Assembly: GCA_964016885.1 (NCBI GenBank)
Contig: OZ024743.1
Span: 128,340,001-128,404,000 of the forward strand
Length of the DNA stretch: 64,000 nt
From: Eledone cirrhosa
Lineage: Eukaryota
Direction of reading: 5' to 3'
In this document: piece by piece, positions 26,774 through 41,630 of the stretch
How positions within the stretch are numbered: position 1 is the first letter of the stretch
Layout: every line of letters begins with the position of its first letter
Translations under genes and position numbers: made by a program
The notes under the pieces: model-generated
The model's input: the letters and a program-made list of their open reading frames with translations, nothing else
Databases searched by the model: none
What the model was told of the DNA's origin: nothing

Positions 26774-27615
26774 TATATATAGTTGCTGTGCTGTTTATCC
26801 ATAAAAGTTGCATAATGACTTTTCATTGATAAGCAGGTGTAAGCAGGTAAGAGCACTCCACATCAGTTGTATCTATCCAGCTTAAAGGTGGGGATCAAAC
26901 ATAACAGAATTACCATGTATGAAATAAACATTAAGGCAGAAACATCCGTCCTAACGTTTATTTCATACATTTATTCTATAAATATTGAAAGGTTGATGGC
27001 TAGCACCGTCTGTGGATTCCAGCAGAAGCAGTGGGGGACAATTGTCAATGCATATTTCTGGCTGTGGCCATCACCAGGACAGTGCTTCCCCATGCTCTCT
27101 TGTGGAACTTGAAACAGGCAAAAATATGTAGTTTTTTTGCCTGTGTAGATAGGCTGACAGGTAAAAAAACTATGTATTTCCAAATGTTTATTTATCAAAC
27201 ATACCATATATCATTAGATATATGAAATTCACATACTTGTATGTATACAGCCCTGTTAGAGCTAAAATTTTTATTTAAATAAATATATATGTATGATATA
27301 AAAGAGACATGTTTGTTGGTTAGTGTCTTTGGCATCACACAAAAACAAAAACTCAATTGAAAAGTAAGTACTTGAATGGAATAATAGTATACCCAGATAG
27401 GTTTATTAATTCTCATGTTATAACATCAAAAAAAAAAAGAAAAACATCCCAGGTAGGCTAACCAGCCCAACTGCTATTTCTAGCAGGTTGGGAAACAACT
27501 GTAAGGGATTGTCTCTACACTGTCAGCGATGTTCATGTTTCATGGCCAGCATCTCCGTAAAGTTGAACTCTGGTTTACACATCCACACACATTTATATAT
27601 AATTGTCTATCTATA

Positions 27616-28310
<695 letters not shown>

Positions 28311-28768
28311 CCAAATGTAACATATTAAATATGTTAGAATTATGTGCTTCTCAATAAATTAGCTCAATAGATATTATCCAGAGCAATATTAAGTCAAAAG
28401 TAGAAGATATATGTATATATATATATAGCGAGAGAGAGAGAGAGTGAAAGAACCATATAGCCAGAGAAGACACAGTATATTGTGCATACACTAAATATAT
28501 ATTACAGAGAAGAACATGTACTCAAGATGGAATTAAAAGAGGCCTTATGGTGCCATTTCATTAACTGTAAACTGTGATTTAAAATCAATCTATGTGAACG
28601 AATATCGATCACAAACCATCAAATAAGATTAAACCACAGCAGACTCAGAAAACATGTCAGAGGTATAGTCTTTAACATTCTAATAGGAAAATAGAAGCAA
28701 AAAAGTAGTATATAGAGCAATTCTCTGGATATATAATATATATATATATATATACAAACACACACACA

Positions 28769-29142
28769 GAAACAAATGAGATCGTGTAGGTGTCACGACA
28801 AAAAAACACACAGTTCACGCTGTAATGTGGCCGTGTAGGCAACACGGTAAAAACCTCCCAGCCCCACACTGTAAAAGTGGTTGGTGTTAGGAAGGGCATC
28901 CAGCTGTAGAAAACCCGCCAGACAGTCCACGCTGTAATGTGGCCGTGTAGGCAACACGGTAAAAACCTCCCAGCCCCACACTGTAAATGTGGTTGGTGTT
29001 AGGAAGGGCATCCAGCTGTAGAAAACCCGCCAGATAGTCCTATGCGAGCAAGATAATCACTCTTGCCTCAAGTGGGAAAACCCCCGTCCAAACCCATGCA
29101 AGCGTGGAACACGGACGTTAAACGTTGATGATGATGATGATG
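28769..29142 (+). mobile_element. RTE 3' UTR fragment with an internal ~120-bp tandem duplication
   Basis: Matches 43660-43918. The block CACGCTGTAATGTGG...CCGCCAGA occurs twice, and there is a (GAT)n tail. Confidence 0.85.
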
Positions 29143-29299
29143 AGGTGCTGGAATGGCTGAGTGGTTAAGGAGTATGCTTTACAAACAGTTGGTTCTTGGT
29201 TCAGTCATGCTACATGAAACCTTAGGTAAGTATCTTCCACTATAGCTTCGTAAGTGTAATTTAGTAGGTGGGAACCACAGAAGCCTGTCATATATGATA

Positions 29300-30067
29300 C
29301 TAGCAGTGGTACCCGGCGTTGCACGGGATAAGGTATTTTGGAATGTGGGCCACCAACAGACCTAATCATGGAAAAACTGCATGCCTTGACAATATGTAAA
29401 GAAAATAAACCTAATACTCTCATGGCTGGATAATCTTTAAGATTTTCCTCGATGAAGCAAGAAAAATGCAGGTTTTCACCTAATGCAGGCTCTAGGGGAT
29501 CAAGAAAATGAATTTTTTTTATGTGCATAATATGCTTTGAAATTTCGGGAAAATCGGCTAGATGTAACGCCTCCAAAAAGCCCTAAAAAGCTTTAAAAAT
29601 GCATTCTTTCACTTAATGCGGGCCCCAGATCAAAATGTTGAATTTTCACTCCCTGAAACATAAGTAATACACATGTAAAGTTTGAAAAAAATCGGGTGAG
29701 TTCTTCTCGAGTTTTAGGGAGGATTCAAACTCACAGACACACACACACAGACAGACAGACATGCTCAGGGAAGTGACGTAATGCAGACAGCCAGACATAC
29801 AGACAGATATTATAAGGGCGCAACGTTATATGTATGTATCTATCTAAAAAGAGAAAGACTAAGAATTATAGAGAGAGATCGCTAAATCGCCTAATGCAGT
29901 CGGTCGGTCCCTAGGGCATTGAAAATTTGAAATTTTTTTGCTCAAAACACTCCCTGAAACATATGTATTACATGTGTAAAGTTTGAAAACAGTCAGTTGG
30001 GTGTTTCTCGAGTTTTAGGGATTCAAGCTCACACACAGACAGACATCCTCAGTTTTATATATATAGA
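29300..30067 (-). mobile_element. Complete non-autonomous Helitron inserted into a tRNA-derived SINE
   Basis: The minus strand begins A|TCTATATATATAAAA and ends CCCGTGCAACGCCGGG (hairpin)...CTAG|T. There is an internal duplication (~29640-29770 and ~29940-30050). SINE halves lie at ~29144-29290 and ~30070-30210. Confidence 0.88.
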
Positions 30068-30233
30068 TAATATATGTATGTGTAACCATGTCTATGTTCA
30101 GGTCTGTGTTTATGTTATGTAACTTAGAGGTTGAACAAAAAGAGATTGATAAAATAAGTGCCTGACATAAAAAAAAAACAACTAAGCACTGGGGTTGATA
30201 TATTCGACTAAATTAATAGAAGAATATATACAT

Positions 30234-30286
<53 letters not shown>

Positions 30287-30597
30287 TACACATAATCAGT
30301 TCTGTATGAGCAAGACACGGCATTGCTCACAACAGGACAACTTGTCTAACCTATGCTAGCCTTGGAAAAATGGACGTTAAATGATGATGATGATGATATA
30401 TAAACATTATGTGCAAAGCTCACACTTTTGAACTTAGGAAAGAAACACTGAGGGAATAAAGTAATAGATGTAGGATGGTCAAGCATAGAATATACCTGCA
30501 AGTACAGTCAGTTGTTATAAAATTGCAACTCAGAGGGATACAAGGTTTGAACCCTTGTAGCAGTCACTAGTAATTTCTTTTTCCATCTCTAAGGGTC

Positions 30598-30726
30598 TTT
30601 ATAAGCTATGTCATAGCTACTGACTGTACTTGCAGCTATTTTTATAAGCTATGTCATAGCTACTGACTGTACTTGCAGCTATTTTTATAAGCTATGTCAT
30701 AGCTACTGACTGTACTTGCAGCTATT
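30598..30726. repeat. Three perfect 43-bp tandem repeats
   Basis: TTTATAAGCTATGTCATAGCTACTGACTGTACTTGCAGCTATT x3. Part of the unit is inverted relative to ~30497-30519. Confidence 0.95.
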
Positions 30727-33700
30727 TTCTATGCTTCTACCCTTGAGCATCTTACATCTATAAATGAATAAATATATAAATAAATGAATAAATATATATA
30801 TAGATATATACATACATACACACAGAGAAAGAGAGAGAGACTTTATATATTTTAAATTATCTTCTGCTGAGAGAAAAAAAATGTATGTCTAAAATCATTA
30901 TATAATAAAATGTAATAAAAATACAATTCTTTATTCTAAAAAATGTAGTATTATTCTAAAATCATTTCAAAGATTTCTATGAGCCTCTGGGTCAAGAGAA
31001 AGAAAAATGTTCTAAGTTCCAAGAGAAAAGAGACAATCTTTGTATAATCTATTTATTTATTAGTTGTCTATGTTGTATGTTGCAACAGAAAAGGAGATAA
31101 AGTTAAGTGTTAAATGTAAAATATAACAACATCAGTGAAGAAACAAAACGTTGAGAATTGATGAATAAAACATGTATAAAGAAAACAGTTGACACAGACA
31201 AAAATGAAATGACTTAATAGTTGAAGAGTTCCCACTCATGAAGCCCTGGGCTCAATCCCATTGCATAGCATCTTGGGTGTGTCTTTGTAAGCTTTGTAAA
31301 GGAAATTGGGTAGATAGAAACTGCATGAAATCATATGTCGATGGAATACACAAACATTAATTCAATATGTAGGTAGTTCAACTGGACATTTATCATCATA
31401 TATAAGCATGTGTACCAATGAAAGAAAAGAGTACTTGGTACATTCTGTGAAGTATATATATGTAGGTAGGCAGTAGTCACACATAGTCATTACTTAGAGT
31501 TTCATAGGCATGAAAGCCTGTCTAATCAATCACATCTCTGCTATGAGTGAGCCCTTTACAACAAAGGTGGATCCTTATTGATCATTGGTAAGCTTGGTTC
31601 TCACTGGATGAAGCTACATCAGATAATGAAAATTGTTGCAGACTGCTGGCATAAGACCCTGCAAGGTTCAATTAGAGTATGAAAAAGTCTACTAGGGAGC
31701 AAAGAAAGCCACTCAGTTGAGATTAATTTTCATTTGCAATGGAGCTGACCCATCTAGTTTCCCTGATGTAATTTTATGGGTTGGCCAGTTGAAACTGATC
31801 CAAGAAAAATACCCATTTTGAAATTATCTTGCCCCTATTGATAAAATAGTGTAGATTTTGGTCATACAGTCCCCTAGAATGGTGCGACCAACATTTGCAC
31901 TACAGAACATCTCAATGAACATCTGATAAACAAAGCTGGAGGAGAATTTTGAGCCTGATGTACATCATCATCATTGTTATAATCATTTTCCATTGGTTTT
32001 TCCATGCTAGTATGGGTTAATCGAGACTTTCTGAGGCAGTATTTGACAGCTGCCTTTACTCAGATATACGGTTTAATCTGGCAGACAATCACCCACAACC
32101 AAAAGGGATTGTTGCCACCAATGACAACTGAAGTTTCTTGAAAATTTTCTTCATCCAAACATCTTATCTATATTTAAGGAAAGTTTAAAGTTTTTGCACC
32201 CAAACACCTTCATGATGTGTTAAGTAAACCCCTTTGTATTTGTTTATTCTGGTTTTATGTAAATATATTGTTTAGTGCAAAAAAGAAGAAAACAGCAATG
32301 AATACACACATATAACTATTTGTTATATATGTATATACACATGAGCATAAACATGTGTAATTATTTTTGTGTGTGTTGGATATATAACAGTTTTCATAAG
32401 AGTTGAATCTGATATAATGTGAAACCTAGGTTGAAAAATGTTAAGAGTGCAGACAGACATTTAGCTTCAGTCATGCTAAACTATGTAGCTTTGCTTTATC
32501 AGGCAATCAACTGATAGAAATTCAGTTGCAAGATTATATATAAACACAGATTAGAAATTGTACAATATGAGAACTTAACCCATGCCAATATTGTTTCTGA
32601 GGCACTTGACTTTGTTTATACTATCTGATAAATTCGGTGCTGTTATTGCTCTGGAGTGGTTAAAATACACTGTTCTCTTATAAGTGATTTTTTTGTTTCA
32701 CAAGCTTAACCTCGCTCTCTTTCCCAGCTACAGATTTTAAATCACTTATTCCATGTTTACTATCAGCTAGACAAATTGGTAAATTTGTATGACTTGTTGA
32801 CCCTTTTGATAAAAAAATTGCCTGAACTCGCCCCTGGTTGTATGATCCAAAACTGTTTATTTTAAAGTGTTTATATTTATCTAAAAAACCTTCCATCATA
32901 ATTTTATGTAGGAATCCTGGTAAAGTTTTACTCCAAACACTAGCTTAATAATGGGAAGGTTAGTTATATTATTAAATCACTCCAATTCTTGATTATTTTC
33001 AAAATGTTTTGAAAATCATGGCAGTGTCTTTCATTAGAAATATGGTTACAAAAGAGTTAAAGTGTTCATCTTTATCTAAAATAAAATCCATCATGATTTT
33101 ATGTAAAGACCTGTCTTAAGTTATGTTCCAAACACCAGCTTAAACACGAGAAAGTTATGTTACTAAATCTCTCCTAATTCTTGATTATTTTCAAACTGAT
33201 TTGAAAATAACAGGCAGTGTCTTATTAGAAATATGATAATTGTTTCTACTTTAGGCACAAGGCCAGCAATTACCCAGTGCATTACTGGTACTTTATTTTA
33301 TCGACCCCGTAAGGATGAAAGGCAAAGTCAACCTCAGCGGGATTTGAACTCAGACTATGCTGGAAAGCATGGCGTCCGACCCTCTACCGATACTGCCAAT
33401 CCACCACCCTTCGTATCATAGAAATATGATAATGAAAGTATTAAAGCAAGCATTTTGAAAATGAATCTAATACCTAGCATATACAAATGGGATTTATTTT
33501 CAATAAGTTACACTGTAGCAATGATATCATGGAAGAATCATTCAAAAACACACCTACAAACTGCTGGTCTTTTATTCTTTTACTGGTTTCAGTCGCTAGA
33601 CTGAGACAATACCTTCAAAGGATTTAGTCAATCATGTCAACTCCGGTACTTATTTTATCCATCTCTATTTATCAGATGACTAAGTTACAGAACATAAATC

Positions 33701-36561
33701 GGGTACAACTTAAGTATAGTGATGTAAATGAAATGTTAAAATGGAGTGCATATTTATAGAGACCACTCAAGAAGTCATGTGAATGGGTGTCAGCCAGTGA
33801 AATAAAAACACTACTCACTCATCATATTCAAAAACCTAAAACTTTGACCAGCATATTTAGAGTATTTCTAACTATTTGACATTAACATCACTATAAAATT
33901 AAATTAACAGGCAAATATATGGGATTTGAACTCATCAGAAGGAATTCCCAGATTTCATTGAAATCACACCATCATACATAGATCTACCAAGAATCAGACT
34001 ACACAGAAACATTCATCTGATGGGAGGCCATAGTTAATGTAGAATGGTAAACAACAGAACACAGTGTGAAGAGCAACAATGTGTGGAAGCTATTCTAATG
34101 TCTTTTGAACTGGAAGATTGTCGCAGTGAGGAACATTATCAAGCTGTTTGTCAAAGATGGTGTCACTTTGACAAAGTTGAAAACACTGACCTTATAGCAT
34201 CACTGTTCTATGCCTCAGTGCTCACAAATAACATTCTTTATCCTTCTTTTTTCTTTAAGGAGAAATGAAAGGAAATTACACAAACACTATTGATATCTAT
34301 TGTAAAACTGTAAATATGATGTAGATATTTGGATGTATGAGATAATACATCATCATCATCATCATCATAGTCATTATTGTCCTTACACCCCATCTGCTTT
34401 TTCATACTTGTATGGGTTGAATGACACTTTTAGGGGCCATTTCTCTGTGGCTGGATGCCTTTCCTGGTACCGACCCTTTAATATTGTTGACTTTGCCTTT
34501 CATCCTTACGGGGTCGATAAAATAAAGTACCAGTAATGAACTGGGTACTTGCTGGCCTTGTGCCTAAAGTAGAAACAAATATTTTAAGTATGGAATATAT
34601 CGCTGACATTTTTCAAACCACTAAGCTGATGGTTGTATTGTTTTTATGAGGAACATAAGCAAATGGTACTGCTTCAATATGGAGGCACATGCAGCAGCTG
34701 ACACACACATGACCAGGCAGACATATATGATGGACTTCTGTACAGATTCTGCAAACTAAATTCATTCACAAGACATTGGTTGGCCTGAGACTTATAGTGG
34801 CAGACACTTGCAATTGAACCTAGAACCATGTGATTATGAAGAGAATTCTTAACTAAACAGCTATGTTTGCACTTTTATATATCATATGGATAGTTGAAAC
34901 AATTTAAAAGTAATTAAACTCTTAAATAAGAATTAAAAAAAATATATATTCATTATATATAATTTCAGAAATCTTTTTAATGGAAATTTCCCTGCCATTA
35001 ACTAATGTTAGAACCAATATAGAAATGTGAAATCCTCATTCAAAAAGAGAGTGAACATTTTCATAACTATAACTCCAATGTTTAGAGGGGCCTATGTGTT
35101 TCAATTAATTGTTAGTATAATCGAAATTTGGGGAGAGGTTTAGTAAATTAGCTGCAGTTTATATATGGTATATTATGTTGGTGTTGACCAACTAAAATCG
35201 CATGTTATCATTGACATTTTAGTTAGAATTTTAATTTAAATATGAATACTTTGGTACAAGGAATTCCAGGTGGATTGAATTTAACCCTTTTGATTAACTG
35301 TCTCGAATTCTGCAATACAAAATTGTGTATTTGAAAGTGTCTAAAACCTACCATTATGATTTTACATGTCAATTTTTGTTAAACTCTGTTCCAAATGGCA
35401 TCATAACCTTTTTGATACCAAACCACCTGTGACTGCAACTTCTAGAAAGTGTTTATTTTTATCTAAACATCTTCCATCAAAATATTACATGAGAAGTTTG
35501 CTAAGTTATCTTCTAAAAACCAACTTGATAGTCAGAATGTTAGTTATATAACTAAATCCCTCTAAAAATCATGTAACCCATACCTATTCAAGTACAACAC
35601 TGATTATCCAGCTTCCTTGTTTCCTGGTTAATGCCAGATTATCTGTTTTTGGCAGATTAGATAATTCACTAGAAATATTATGGAACAAAAAAAATACTTT
35701 CTCTATCCCTCAACTATAATAATATAAAGATGCTTAAAAGTAAATCTAAAACAATATGTTAATGCTCTAACAGGAATTAACTAATCTAGAGTTTCATGGA
35801 AAATACCAGTGTCCAACCATAATTATATTTGGATTAAAAGAGTTGCTGAATCATCAGTTGTTGGAAAATTGATGTTGTACCAATATTTACAGACAGTCCC
35901 CACCATCCTAATTGTAATAAAATCATTAAATGAGACAAAAATTATTTTAGAAACAGCCTACATTGTAAAGTGGTTGTGTTGGTATCATAAAAAAAAAACA
36001 CCTAGCCCATACTGTGAAGTGGACATGTAGGTGCCACGACAAAAAGCATCCAGCACACACTGTAAATGTGATTGGCAAGACACAATCACTTGACTCAACT
36101 CACCTCAAATAGGACAATCTGTCTAACCCATGCTAGCGTAGAGAACAGATGTTAAACAATGATGATGATGATATATACACATGCACACTAATTGTTAAAA
36201 TCCAAATGGAGGGTCCATTCTTTTTTTTACAGACCATCCATTGTGATTTTACCAATCAATATACCAGCTCAGTACATAAATATGCATTGAGTACTATGTA
36301 TATAAAAAATAAATAATCTAACATGGCTACTGAGATAGTTCTTGTGACAAGGTCACAGCTTAAAATATCCATAATGAAACTTACACAAACAGATTGTATA
36401 TGCCTTACAATACACCTCTTATGAATAAAGTTATGTTAGTGCTACTGCTAAATAATAATTCTGTTTATTAAATTTTATTGAAAGACACCTTGTCTAGCAG
36501 AACCTCAGAATTTTTTATGGACCTCTGGAGTTTGAGAGACACTGTAGGGGATTGCCAGTAC

Positions 36562-36670
36562 CTGTTTGTAGACATTGTCATAATACACTTTAAAGTCTCT
36601 GCTAACAATAGACTGGCAACTTCTTCAGAACAGCAAAGCTGAAGATATTTTACAACTGCCACAAAAGGAA
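36562..36670 (-). CDS. Putative internal coding exon of an unidentified host gene (109 nt)
   Basis: Polypyrimidine tract and TTTAG acceptor, AG|GTACTG donor. Only one frame is open: xPFVAVVKYLQLCCSEEVASLLLAETLKCIMTMSTN(R/S). The sequence is non-repetitive, but I do not recognise the peptide. Confidence 0.45.
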
Positions 36671-39600
36671 CTAAATCAAAATAAAAAAAAAAGAATGCTT
36701 AATGGATTATAACAGATCTTATCAGAAAATGTCATAACACAATGACATATTTCCTCATCATCTGAGAGATAGACAAAATAAACAAAAGGTTGATATATTG
36801 CAAAAGTTTTTGGTTCCTTCTGGTAAATCAAATAGTGTTAAAAAAAAAAAATTATGTTTTTTTTGTTTTTTTTTAGCTATATCACAGCCAGGGGAAAAGG
36901 CAGGACACATAACTGTTTACTGAGCCTCCAAAGCTGTGGGAGGGTGGAAAGTATCCTCAAACTGGAAACCCGCCCTGAATGTTTGCAACAAAGTGAATTC
37001 TGCTAAAGACATCCAAAGGTCGTCATGTTAAAGCAGGCAATGGATCAAATCTACCATCCATGTGGGCTACAGGAGGATTTGAACTCAGAATACAAAGCAC
37101 CAGAACAATTATTGCTTTACTAATTATACCAGCCTAATCTTTATCTATCAATCCTGGAAAAGGTAAAATTGATCTAAGTGGGATTTGAACTTAGAACAGA
37201 AATAGCAAAATAAATACTGCAAGGCATTTCATCCAATTCTCCACTTGTTTACTACATTTCGTTATTCTGGCAGTAAACTATGTTACCAATGACATTGATG
37301 GGTAGATTAATATTGGTTTCTAATATAGGGACAAGCATGGCTGAGTAGTTTGCTTTGCAACCAGTGTGTTGGGTTCAATCACACTGAGCGGCACCTTTAG
37401 CAAGTGTCTTTTGCTATAGCCTTGAGTTGACAAATGTTTTGTGAGTGAAATTTGGTAGATGGAAACTGCAGAAGCCCACTGTGTATACATATATATTGAG
37501 TCTCAGTGGTAAGAGGACCAGAAAGACTACAAATAGGAAAGTAGTACACACACATATATATATGATATATATATATATATATGGGGGTGATATTCTGGGT
37601 CCTTGTATGTATTATGATAAATGGCTAATTCCCTTCAAGGTGCTGCCCTAACATGGCCACCAAAGAAAGACTGAAATCAGTAAAAGAATAAAAGAATACA
37701 TTTTGGAGCAGAAGTTAGTTAAATCATAAAAAAAAAACATGAAGTTTATTTCGGTTTCATTGGTATTGAATGACTGAGAGTACAAGACTGGAGGGAATGA
37801 CAGTCCATTGTAAGGTAACTCATTTTAGCTGAGTTGACTGGAGCAGTATGAAATAAAGTGTTTTGTTCAAGAACACAAAGCACTGCTTGGTCCACGTATT
37901 GAACCCACAACATGATGATTGTGGGCTCAACATATTAACCACAAGGTTGCATACCTTCACTTCTTTGGACAGGATGCCAATCCATCACAGTGTTAAACCC
38001 CCAGCTACTGCACGTAGTCATTTTCAGTTAAGTATATTGGAGCAATGTGAAATGAGGTGTTTTGCTGAAGAACACAATACACAACTTAGTCCAGGAATCG
38101 AACCCCCAAAGGATGAACAGCAAATTAAACCTCAGTTGTATTTGGACTCAGAATGTAAAGTACCAGAACAAATCGCTGCATGGTATTTTGACTAATGCTC
38201 TAATAATTCTGTTGTTTCCCCAGGCTTAAATGGATTAATATTAAAATTTAATCAAATAAATGAAATCTTAAGGAACTTCCTTCCTCGGCTGAGATTTTTT
38301 TTACTATATACCAACCCCACTTTTCATTCCAGTTAATTGTGTGGGAGGTTCAGTATTTAAGTCAATATCTATTTTCCAAAAGTATCACTGTCTTAATCCT
38401 TTCCTGACCATATTGTTAATTAAATATATTCTATATCATTTAATTGATAAAGAATTTTAAAGTATTTACTAAAATCATTATTTCATTATTAAGATTATAA
38501 CTTAGTATATGGTTCTTATATCAAATTATGCTGGAAATTTTAATTTACATAAGAATTCTTTAAGATGAGTGATTTTGTTTCATAGAACCAGAGTTAGTTT
38601 TAGCTGAGCTGGACTGGTATCAAATGATAAAAATGTAAATTTTGAAATGTTCTAAAACCAATTTAAACAGAACAATTAGTTGTATGGTTAAGAAGTTCAA
38701 TTTGCAAGGACTTGTTCCAAGTTCATTCTCACTGGGTGGCACTTTGGATAAGTGTCTCCTGCTGTACACTCAGGCTGATCAAAGTCTTGCATGTAGAATT
38801 TGATAGAATGCAGAAGATAATCTTGTTTGTGTGTGTGAGAGAGAGAGAGAAAGAGAGAAAAAGGGAGAGAAAGGAATATATATATATATAGAAAGAGAGG
38901 AAGATAGAGAGGGTTGAGTCTGTGTAACTGTTTAAGTTATTATTGTCAATATCTATTTTTTTTTGTGTGAAGGAACACAGTCTAGTAACTTTATTTCATG
39001 TTGCCCCAGTCCAGACAGCTGAAATAAATTAGTACGAGCAGCAGTTGGGAGTTAACCCAATAAAACTGGGATAAACTCTGACCTGATGAGCCTCAGAGCT
39101 TGAGAAAGACTTTAACTTGTTATTTTATTACAGCATCAACGTCAGAAAAGATAGATCATACACCTTTAGTGAAACAGTCATGAAAATATAAAATTTGAAA
39201 TCTAAACAGAACAATTAACCATAGTTTTTACTTCTATTCATTCATAACTGATACATTTTCCAGTTGTTAAAACACAAACAGAGGTATGTTTGCTTAAAGA
39301 AAAATAAATCTTTCAAATAATAAACATTGACTGTTAATATCCATAAACTATTAGCCTACAAAAACAAAGGCAGTTGACAAAAAATAATTTTAAATAGAAG
39401 AATAAAAACACCACCAAAACATAAGTTGTTAATGCATAAACCTAAAGCTTGGTATCACATCTGTATATTCATATAACTACAGAAACATTTCTGATTAGTT
39501 TTAATGCCTGTATTTTCAATGTGAGAGGTGAGAGTCCTAGCTGGTGGAGTGAAGGAAACTTTCCAGAATCAATGCTGACTAAAAATCTTTCACAGATATG

Positions 39601-40199
39601 AAAGTTATATGACAATATATCTTTCAATGACACATCATGAACCTTAAGAAGTACTTATGATCAACACCAGTAACAAATATCTCATCAAATATTGAGTGGC
39701 ACTAGAAGTACATATTGTATCAAATCTTCAAGACACCAACACTACATTTTCATTATCATCAAAATCTTTTTTACATCCATTTCACCATGCTAGTATAGGT
39801 TGGGTAGACATTTTCCAGCACTCAGCCCTGCCATTATTGAAGGGTATTCCTCTGTAAAGTGGTTGGTGGTAGAAAGAGCATCCAGTCATAGAAGCCATGT
39901 CAAAATTGGAACATACAAGTGTGGCACAGTCCCCTAGCCTGTGTAGGAAAGCAGTAACTTTGAATAATAACTGACTTGAACCATAACAACCCATTTAACC
40001 TGTGCCAGCAAGAAAAGCAGACATGTTTTGCAGCATAGAGTTACAGCTCTTTATGTTCTGAGTTCAAAGCCTGCCAAGGTTAGCTTTGCCTTTCATCTTT
40101 ACGGGGTCAATAAAATAAAGTACTAGTAATGCACTGGGGTCGATTTAATTGACTTTCCTCCTCCTGAAAATCTTTGGCCTTGTGCCTAAAGTAGAAACA

Positions 40200-40618
40200 A
40201 TTATTATTACACTGCATTACCAAGTGCAGCTCTGTACACCTTGGGTATGTGGTATTATTTCTATTATATTGAGAGTACTCTTTGTAATATGTGTGCAGTA
40301 CCTAGTGATGTTATTTTTTTGTATGCTGTATATATTTGTACGTCCTGGGGCTTTGGTTATGTATCTGTCTGTGTGTATTTTTATCATTCCTGAAGTACCT
40401 ATTATTATAGGTATTGTTTCTGTTTTCATCATCCACATTTGGGTTATTTCTATCTCTAGATATCTATATTTGGATGGTTTCTTCATTTCCTTGGTAGACA
40501 GATTGCGATCTGTGGAGATTGATATATCAATTAGAAGACATTTTTTTTTTTCTTTGTGGTCTTTGACTATAATCTGGTTGGTTGGCCTTGATCTCCCTGT
40601 CAGTGTGTATTGACATAT
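40200..40618 (-). mobile_element. R4/Dong-like non-LTR retrotransposon 3' remnant (restriction-like endonuclease)
   Basis: Broken frames read HTDREIKANQPD...KCLLIDISI..DRNLSTKEMKK.SKY..LEIEI.QMW.MKTETIPIIIG..G, the RLE C-terminus. It ends in (TAA)n and its 5' side abuts (TAG)n. Confidence 0.82.
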
Positions 40619-41630
40619 TACTACTACTACTACTACTACTCATGCATATATCATAATCTTGATTCCAGTATATTCTATCTCTAAATAAAGTGAGACACAA
40701 AACAAAACCCTGAAAGACATATAATCTGGTATTTTAACTTTCTATCTCTAAAGTATTCATTATTAACCATATTCATGTCAACCCACCTGACACTGCATTT
40801 GGCTCTATTAAACAATACCTCTAATTATAAAATACTTGTATTTAAATACCATCAATCATCTTTAAAAAAAGAGGTCACACTGGAAAATAAAGTCCTAGAT
40901 ACACTATGTCTGAACTAAGATGTGTTACCTGTCAAAACTGATATACCCTTGTTCAGAGCTGACCATCTCAGCATCCAGTGCTAGTACTATGATAAATTGC
41001 ATCCAGTCCACTCTGTAAAGTGATAATGCTGATATCATGAAAAACAAACCCATGCTATTGTCACAAAAACAACGAAACAAACACACCCTGTAAGGTGGTT
41101 GATGTTAAAAGGGGCATCCAATCATAGAAATCAAGCCAAATATGGGCATCACAAGCAACACCACATCACCACCACCACAACAACAACAACGAACACAACC
41201 ACAATGAGAATAACACAACACCACTGCAAACAACACAACAACCACCACCAACAACAAGAAAAACAACGATAACAACAACCAATTTCAAAGAATGCAGCAC
41301 CAATTTATTATCCCTTTCATTACTCTATTTCTGATGAAATACTGTTTATGGTTTTCAAATAATTTTGAAATAATCAAGAATTTGAGGGATTTAGTAATAT
41401 AAGTCAATTTCCTATTATTAAGCTGGTGTTTCATATAAAGGTATGTGTGCATGCATATACATGCACACGTCTCAACTCATGATTTTCATATCCAGTCTAG
41501 GTCTGAACTTAGTAAATGTTATTAATAGCTGTAATATAAGTTAACAAATGTTCTTACATAAAATTATGATGGAAGGTTTTTAAATAAATATAAGTTCAAA
41601 TAAATATAAGTTCAAAGTTTAAATAAATAT

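Noticed and set aside
30598-30726. CRISPR-like repeat array
   Set aside because: The repeats are contiguous with no spacers, the context is eukaryotic and there are no cas genes.
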